DNA from: Candidatus Hermodarchaeota archaeon
GTDB lineage: Archaea; Asgardarchaeota; Lokiarchaeia; Sigyniarchaeales; SOKP01
NCBI GenBank assembly: GCA_048885535.1
Contig: JBHLLO010000049.1
Coordinates: 1-21,882 of the forward strand
Length of the DNA: 21,882 bases
Reading direction: 5' to 3'
The notes below the pieces were generated by a model, which was not told the DNA's origin, did not search any database, and saw only the letters and a list, made by a program, of their open reading frames with translations. The translations under genes and the position numbers were made by a program. Below, in pieces: positions 16,404 through 21,882 of the stretch (the first letter of the stretch is position 1; each line of letters starts with the position of its first letter).

Positions 16404-17396
16404 TTAAGACCAAACAATTTTTTCATATTTACAGGTTGAGCATTCAACAGATTCACATCTTTCTGGAAAATATGGTAAGACATTTCCGCAGTATTCACAT
16501 TCTAAGTTGAAGATTTGATCTAATGTATCAATTTTATTATCAATTATTAAACGATTGGAAAATTGATTAACAAAATTTGTTAGAACCGTGATAATAATAC
16601 TTGCATTATTTGAAGCAGCAAGCCATTCTATTTTATTGGAATTGATTTGCCCAATTATTAGAATATCATCTCCTGACACAAGCTCAGATGCGAAATACCA
16701 TCCTATGTTATTACTTTCATCTTTTGTAATTAATTGAAAGTTTTGTTCCAGAATTGTTTGTTCTACTTGATAAAAGAAGTAGTTCAAATCAACAGCCCCT
16801 TTAGTCCCAATCCCAATACTTTTTATTCCGCGTTTTATACCTGGTAATTTAAGAAAATTTTTCACTTCATTGCTAGGTAGAATTTTTGGTTCAAGTGAGA
16901 TTGGATCGAATTTGATTTCCACTGGTTCTGAATCAAGCGCCCTTACAAAATCTGCATTATTTACAAAGGTGACATAGGATCGAATTTCGCCTTTTTCTTC
17001 AAGGGATAAAGGAGTGAAAAATGAATTTATTTGTTTTTGAGAAATTTCTTCTATTTTATCAAATTCAATCCTTAATTGTTTTTCATTCTCTTCAGGTAAA
17101 TCTGAATCAATTATGACTTTCGGAGGATTGCTTCTACAAAGTGCTAAAAAATCGGGGAATCTTATTCTAATTTTAACTTCGGTTATTGGAGCCATACTTT
17201 GATTGACAATCAGTAAGGAATAAAGATAATTTGCTCCATATGGTTCAAGTTTATGGACTATCTTAACTTTATTTTCTTGATCTACATACTCTAAAGAGAC
17301 AAATTTTTCTTGCTGAGGTTGTTGTGTTTTTATGTCTTTAAAGACTACTAATCCTTTAATGCCTTTTGAGTCATTATCCTCAGATTTTTTATTCAT
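16404..17396 (-). CDS. Coatomer/adaptin appendage-like protein (Ig-like sandwich plus platform) with C-terminal Zn ribbon
   Basis: Beta-rich aa ~43-165 (LLIVNQSMAPITEVKIRI), linker LEPKILPSNEVKNFL, alpha/beta aa ~185-285 (VDLN...YFASELVSGDDILI), then CEYC-x15-CSTC. Confidence 0.55.
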   Translation of the reverse strand: MNKKSEDNDSKGIKGLVVFKDIKTQQPQQEKFVSLEYVDQENKVKIVHKLEPYGANYLYSLLIVNQSMAPITEVKIRIRFPDFLALCRSNPPKVIIDSDLPEENEKQLRIEFDKIEEISQKQINSFFTPLSLEEKGEIRSYVTFVNNADFVRALDSEPVEIKFDPISLEPKILPSNEVKNFLKLPGIKRGIKSIGIGTKGAVDLNYFFYQVEQTILEQNFQLITKDESNNIGWYFASELVSGDDILIIGQINSNKIEWLAASNNASIIITVLTNFVNQFSNRLIIDNKIDTLDQIFNLECEYCGNVLPYFPERCESVECSTCKYEKIVWS

Positions 17397-17521
17397 AATT
17401 TTTTATGAGTACTACCGACATTAAGATTTCTATCGTTATTATTAAAAAAAAATAATTTTCCTTTTATAATTTTTGACCTTATATTTTTTTTACCTATGAA
17501 TTCTAGATATATATAGAAGCA

Positions 17522-18217
17522 ATGAAAGATTTTGAAGAATTGGATATTTTATTCGAAAGCCAAACTATTAAACCTTCTTTTAACTATGTTCATATATTTT
17601 TAGCAATCTTAATATTTGGAGAAAATCCTGAAGGTTTGGGAAGGTATCGCCTAAAGAGAGAACTATTGGTAGGAGAAGGTACTGCAAAGTCTCTTATTTA
17701 CAAATTAAAGGAAATTGGTAATTTTATAGATATCAATATAAAGAATTTAAATGGTGAACAGCAGATTACATCTAAAGGACATGTATTAACTGAAAAAGGC
17801 TTAAGGATTTTGAAGAAGATAAAAAATAAAATCCCATTATTAGAAGAAGGAGATATATCGGTACTGAAGGATTTTATCCTTGATTCAGAAATTTCAAAAT
17901 CATATTTTTGTTTAGTTAAACATAGTGCCGATCAATTGAAAAGTGGAGTGGAACAAAGAGATGCGGCTATTAAAGTCGATGGATTGGGAGCTACTTGCCT
18001 TATTCATAATGGAAATAGACTAGCATTTCCATCATATTCTTCAACGGAGGATAATCTCAATATAAAAATTAATGATAAAGTTCAGCTATATTTCAAAACG
18101 AAATTAATTAATGCTAATATAATTTTTGAAAAAGGAGATGTTATTATAATAGGATTAGGAACAGAAACACGAAAGGCGAGGCTTGCAGCATTAAATGCAG
18201 CAATAACCTTGATATAG
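17522..18217 (+). CDS. DUF4443-like protein (N-terminal winged helix; PH0730-like)
   Basis: LGRYRLKRELLVGEGTAKSL helix-turn-helix, KGHVLTEKG wing, and GVEQRDAAIKVDGLGAT motif. Confidence 0.7.
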   Translation: MKDFEELDILFESQTIKPSFNYVHIFLAILIFGENPEGLGRYRLKRELLVGEGTAKSLIYKLKEIGNFIDINIKNLNGEQQITSKGHVLTEKGLRILKKIKNKIPLLEEGDISVLKDFILDSEISKSYFCLVKHSADQLKSGVEQRDAAIKVDGLGATCLIHNGNRLAFPSYSSTEDNLNIKINDKVQLYFKTKLINANIIFEKGDVIIIGLGTETRKARLAALNAAITLI

Positions 18218-18223
18218 TTAAAA

Positions 18224-18757
18224 GTGAGTTGTATGGAGATTGAGTTTGAAGATGATATAAAGTTAGTGTTAAATAGAGGAATTATTGAACAATTACGAAT
18301 GTGTGTTAATAATTCTCATCCCAATGAAGCATGTGGAATAATTTTTGGGGAGATCACTCAAATTACGAAAAAAGACCATAACGATGATTTTATATACTAT
18401 TACAAAGGAACAAATTTTGAATGTATTCAATCAGATAGAAAATCTGCAGTAGCATTTTTAATAGAAAATATTGAGCAATTACATGAAATTATTCAAAGTA
18501 AGATTCAGCAATTAAATTTAAAAAGTAAAATCAGATTAATTAGTATTTTTCATTCGCACCCTTCTGGATCATATCCAAGTTCTATGGATTTAAATCAAAT
18601 GAAATTTTTAGACAGTTTTAGTAGTGTTATGCATCGTTTTACAAGTAAGGCTTTTAAAAACCTAGTTTGGACTATAATGGATGGTATAACCTATGAATTA
18701 AGGGGTTTTATCTATATAAATCCAAAATTCTTTCAAATTGAAGTAGTAAGAAGATAA
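18224..18757 (+). CDS. JAMM/MPN+ (Mov34/Rpn11-like) metallo-isopeptidase
   Basis: PNEACG...FHSHPSGSYPSSMD carries E, HxH, S and D. Starts 6 nt after the DUF4443-like gene; start is GTG 18224 or ATG 18233. Confidence 0.85.
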   Translation: MSCMEIEFEDDIKLVLNRGIIEQLRMCVNNSHPNEACGIIFGEITQITKKDHNDDFIYYYKGTNFECIQSDRKSAVAFLIENIEQLHEIIQSKIQQLNLKSKIRLISIFHSHPSGSYPSSMDLNQMKFLDSFSSVMHRFTSKAFKNLVWTIMDGITYELRGFIYINPKFFQIEVVRR

Positions 18758-18763
18758 AAACTA

Positions 18764-19405
18764 TTATTGAACTTGTTTATACCCATCCTTGTTGATGGTA
18801 CAAATTTGGATATGAAACCCAGAAGCAGCATCTCTTTCACGAGAACTGGAGATAGCTGTCTTTATTAGTTCAATTCCTGCAGTCAGTGTCATATTAGGTT
18901 TCCAATCAGCTTCTAATACTCCTAATGAGAAAGGTCCTCCAGAACCAAAAGCAATAAAATGTTCATCTTCGTAAAGAGTCCCTAATAAATCTACTCCATA
19001 TAATTTGCCTTTTTTTTCTTTAAGTGAATAACCCCCAATAATCATCATAGCAAGATAATACGATCTACCACTGAATAAAATGTTTCTTGTTATACTTGCA
19101 ATATATTTAGGTTCAGGAATTCTTTCTTCCTCAACTTCTTTTAATCGTGAAAAGGCTATCAATTGATTTACAATATATTGGCAATCAGCAACAGTACCTG
19201 ATATTGTGGCACATGTATAATTATTTATCTCAAATAGTTTCTGTGCAGTTTTTGTAGCTACAGTATAACCCGCAGTGGCTTGAGATTCTGTTCCAACTAC
19301 TACACCATCCTTTACAATAATTCCGACTGTTGTGGTACTCGATTTAATGATTCTTTTTAAAGAATCCTTATCTAAATTTAATTTATTGGAAATATTTTCC
19401 ATCAT
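18764..19405 (-). CDS. psmB: 20S proteasome beta subunit
   Basis: Propeptide then TTTVG, Glu17, Lys33, GSGG, RDAASG. Confidence 0.95.
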   Translation of the reverse strand: MMENISNKLNLDKDSLKRIIKSSTTTVGIIVKDGVVVGTESQATAGYTVATKTAQKLFEINNYTCATISGTVADCQYIVNQLIAFSRLKEVEEERIPEPKYIASITRNILFSGRSYYLAMMIIGGYSLKEKKGKLYGVDLLGTLYEDEHFIAFGSGGPFSLGVLEADWKPNMTLTAGIELIKTAISSSRERDAASGFHIQICTINKDGYKQVQ

Positions 19406-19548
19406 TTTTCAAAAATCCTCTAGATGTTATATTGAATAAATTAACTTTTAGTATATTTATTTTTCTTTTACAGATTATAAAGATTTAAACACAAAAATTT
19501 TAAAGAAATCAATAACTTTACTACTTACTATTCTAATCATGGTCTGTC

Positions 19549-19926
19549 ATGGCTCGTTCTCAAGCAAGATCGAAAAGAAGATATACAGGAAAAAAATATA
19601 GATATTTTAGAAAGAAGAGAAAGCGAGAATTAGAACGCCCTCCTATAGAAACTAAAATAGATGAGGAAAAAAAGAAAAATCAGAGAACTTTAGGAGGAAA
19701 TATAAAATTAAAATTATTCTCGTCGCTATATATAAACGTTACAAATCCTAATAATAATAAAACTTCTAAAGTTAGAATCTTGAAGTTTGAAAGCAATGAT
19801 GCCTCAAAAGATTATAATCGAAGGCATATATTAACTAAAGGAGCAATTGTAGAAACTGAATTAGGAAAAGTAAGGATCACTTCTCGCCCTGGTCAACATG
19901 GTGTGTTAAATGGGATTTTAGTATAA
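19549..19926 (+). CDS. rps8e: 30S ribosomal protein S8e (eS8)
   Basis: RSKRRYTG, RKKRKRELER, RTLGGN, ILTKGAIVETELG, TSRPGQHGVLNG. Confidence 0.97.
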   Translation: MARSQARSKRRYTGKKYRYFRKKRKRELERPPIETKIDEEKKKNQRTLGGNIKLKLFSSLYINVTNPNNNKTSKVRILKFESNDASKDYNRRHILTKGAIVETELGKVRITSRPGQHGVLNGILV

Positions 19927-19963
19927 TTACGTTATATAGGTAAAGAAAGAAATATAACAAATC

Positions 19964-20698
19964 TTATTCAATAAAACCCCCATCTTTATTAAGTTTTAAT
20001 TGATAATAAACCAATCCATCAAGAAAGTTATCAGAAGGCATTTTTTCTAAAGAAGATATTGAAAGCCACTTTAAATGCCCTTCCCATTCATTCTTATCAG
20101 ATGATACCAACTCATCTGGTTTAAAGTCATAAGATTCACTAACAGTGGCAGAAATAAGAAAAGTAATTGATATATTATCCCATCCACCTAAAATTGCTCT
20201 TAGAAAAAAAGTTGGTTTTAAAGGTATACAAACTTCCTCAAATAACTCACGTGTTAGGGCAACTTGTGGTGGTCTATCTAAATCATTGATTTCTACTATT
20301 CCCCCTGGGATATTTATAGCTCCTGGGAAGTAACTTTGCGATAATGCTCGTTGACCAATTAAAATATGTTCTAGATTAGGGGAAAAAACAAGATATTGAG
20401 TTCCAAGCACTCCCAATCCTTCGGTTAACGTTATGGTTTTTGTTAACATGTAAGTAGCCATAGAAAATTTCATCTTTTCAATATCTAAGAGCAGTAAGTT
20501 ATTTTTTAGATAATAATTACTTAAAAATATTAACGTTCCATCATAATCATTAGGGTTTTCTTTTGTGTGTTTGTTCCAATGTTTTTTAGCCTCAGTTTTA
20601 TATTGATTTGAGAATTTGAATTTGTTTATGAGTTTTTTATTCCATTTAATATAATCTAATAATAATTTACCCTCCCAGAGAATGTCTAACTTCGGCAT
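19964..20698 (-). CDS. Nudix hydrolase (NUDT22-like long N-terminus)
   Basis: PGGIVE...ALTRELFEEVCI Nudix-box variant; upstream NPNDYDG motif. Confidence 0.8.
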   Translation of the reverse strand: MPKLDILWEGKLLLDYIKWNKKLINKFKFSNQYKTEAKKHWNKHTKENPNDYDGTLIFLSNYYLKNNLLLLDIEKMKFSMATYMLTKTITLTEGLGVLGTQYLVFSPNLEHILIGQRALSQSYFPGAINIPGGIVEINDLDRPPQVALTRELFEEVCIPLKPTFFLRAILGGWDNISITFLISATVSESYDFKPDELVSSDKNEWEGHLKWLSISSLEKMPSDNFLDGLVYYQLKLNKDGGFIE

Positions 20699-20764
20699 TA
20701 GATTATTATTACTAAAAGAAATTAAAAACTTTCCGTTTCTAAAAAAGTAGTGTCAGAAACTCAA

Positions 20765-20875
20765 TTAATCTTGAATCTTTATATTTTTAACATTTGCTTT
20801 CTTACCCTCTATTATTTCCGTATTTTTACTCATACAATAGTTACATTGAAATAATTGAAGTCCTGTCAATTGACA
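20765..20875 (-). pseudogene. hypA: Orphan 3' fragment of hydrogenase maturation nickel chaperone HypA
   Basis: QLTGLQLFQCNYCMSKNTEIIEGKKANVKNIKIQD* matches the HypA C-terminus (CxxC.S....I..G....V..I). The N-terminal MHE motif and first CxxC are absent upstream. Confidence 0.7.
20864..20875. repeat. 12-bp perfect palindrome at the hypA-fragment junction (candidate att/target site)
   Basis: TGTCAATTGACA, 1 nt from the stop codon of ORF 20877..21104. Confidence 0.55.
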
Positions 20876-20876
20876 C

Positions 20877-21104
20877 TTACTTTTTCCCTTTTTTTTCAAA
20901 AAATTCTTTTTGCCTTTGACGCAAAACGTCCAAAGCTTCCTCTGGAAGTATTTTCCCATCCAATATATCTTTATAGACTTCGTCTAAAATTTTATAATCA
21001 TACTCACTTGGAAGTACAATCTCATGCAATTCTGATGCAAACTTGTACAAGAACTCCTCTCTACTGAGTTTTTTAACTTTTCTACTTTTTCTTCCATTCA
21101 ACAT
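20877..21104 (-). CDS. Small helical hypothetical protein
   Basis: 75 aa, ATG start 30 nt after the upstream stop, same strand, charged amphipathic composition. Confidence 0.6.
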   Translation of the reverse strand: MLNGRKSRKVKKLSREEFLYKFASELHEIVLPSEYDYKILDEVYKDILDGKILPEEALDVLRQRQKEFFEKKGKK

Positions 21105-21134
21105 GATTAATAAAAATATAAATTATTTAAACTA

Positions 21135-21882
21135 TTAGGGAATATTTTGATTCTGATTTCTTAGAAATGTTAGATAATGTGTACCCCAAAAAGGCTTCTT
21201 AATGTTGTCATTATAAAATTTATCATAATACCTCTCAAACCAAGCCACCTCACCATGGGTAATAAAAAAGTTAATCCTTTCACTAAATTCATCAATGTTA
21301 CTTTCTCCTAAAACTTGACTGATGGAACCAAGATCATTTTTTGTTATAGTCCTACCCAATTTCAACAATTGAATAATTGCATCGTGCATAATAACCTTTC
21401 TTGTTCGTAATAAACGTCTTGTACCATAAATATCTCTTAATGTACAAATCTTCCCCTTGAAATTTGTATTGAGGCGATACAGGTGAGGAATATCACCTAA
21501 ATTTTCATAATCATACACAATTATTAAAACATTAGGATCTAGTGATCTTTTATTCTCATTTATATGGTGTAAATTCCAATATATCTGATTTGACGATCGA
21601 TCTATCAAAAAATCTTTAGACCATAAATTAAGACCCATTGTCTCTAATAATATTGTATATGAATTTTCTGGAACAAGTTTAAGCCAGCTTTTGCGATCAC
21701 CCTTACTTAAAGTCCTTAAAGGATAATTTCTCTTAATGTACTCTCTGTTAAACTGGTATAATTTTGAACCCGAACTTGGAGCCTCGTTTACATTAACAAC
21801 AGCAAGTTTACTAATGCGCATACAATTTGAATAAGTAAATCCTTTCTCTTTTAACTTATTTGATATGAATTTAGTAGCTCGG
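21135..21882 (-). CDS. C-terminal part of a larger protein with HNH-like motif (5' truncated by window edge)
   Basis: The frame stays open upstream of ATG 21821 to the window end (RATKFISNKLKEKGFTYSNC-M). Contains WNLHHINENKRSLDPNVLIIV. Confidence 0.6.
   Translation of the reverse strand, partial: RATKFISNKLKEKGFTYSNCMRISKLAVVNVNEAPSSGSKLYQFNREYIKRNYPLRTLSKGDRKSWLKLVPENSYTILLETMGLNLWSKDFLIDRSSNQIYWNLHHINENKRSLDPNVLIIVYDYENLGDIPHLYRLNTNFKGKICTLRDIYGTRRLLRTRKVIMHDAIIQLLKLGRTITKNDLGSISQVLGESNIDEFSERINFFITHGEVAWFERYYDKFYNDNIKKPFWGTHYLTFLRNQNQNIP

Larger units (their letters stand above)
20864..21882. mobile_element. Putative terminal part of an element inserted in hypA (continues beyond window)
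   Basis: Abrupt switch from housekeeping genes to unrelated ORFs exactly where hypA similarity starts, plus an HNH-like motif. No integrase or transposase is visible in the window. Confidence 0.45.

Noticed and set aside
20875-20880. GTAAGT spliceosomal donor-like hexamer on the minus strand at the junction
   Set aside because: It lies at what would be the 3' end of the insertion, contains the ORF stop codon, and is expected by chance in AT-rich DNA.
20865-20905. Homopolymer frameshift fusing the 75-aa ORF to the HypA C-terminus to give an intact hypA
   Set aside because: The 75-aa protein lacks the MHE motif and the first CxxC, so a fusion would not rebuild HypA.
20765-20959. 64-aa ORF from the track treated as a complete gene
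   Set aside because: Its first 28 codons overlap the 75-aa ORF in another frame and look random. Only the part from about 20875 resembles HypA.
20145-21067. Plus-strand ORFs 20145..20333 and 20855..21067
   Set aside because: Antisense to better-supported minus-strand genes.

Overview
AT-rich archaeal chromosomal segment, most consistent with an Asgard archaeon of the Lokiarchaeia type. This is inferred from rps8e, a proteasome beta subunit, an archaeal histone, a roadblock/LC7 protein, a Loki-CTERM-like secreted protein and PCI-like domains. From left to right it holds: a redox cluster (3' end of an FAD-linked oxidase, HdrD/GlcF-type CCG Fe-S protein, GltD/NfnB-type flavoprotein); a QW-repeat prenyltransferase-fold protein; a membrane-anchored clan CD (C13 legumain/Gpi8-like) peptidase with an inserted beta-rich domain; a 1468-aa prenyltransferase-fold/winged-helix(PCI-like)/coiled-coil protein with a C-terminal membrane anchor; a nuclease-less Hef/FANCM helicase; a B12 radical SAM enzyme; roadblock; histone; a secreted protein; a stand-alone coatomer/adaptin appendage-like protein with a Zn ribbon; DUF4443-like and JAMM genes; proteasome beta; rps8e; and a Nudix hydrolase. 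At the right edge, an orphan 3' fragment of hypA begins at a 12-bp palindrome and directly abuts two unrelated ORFs, one with an HNH-like motif. This suggests the end of an element inserted into hypA. No tRNA, rRNA or CRISPR array was seen. All family assignments come from motif recognition by eye, not from database searches.
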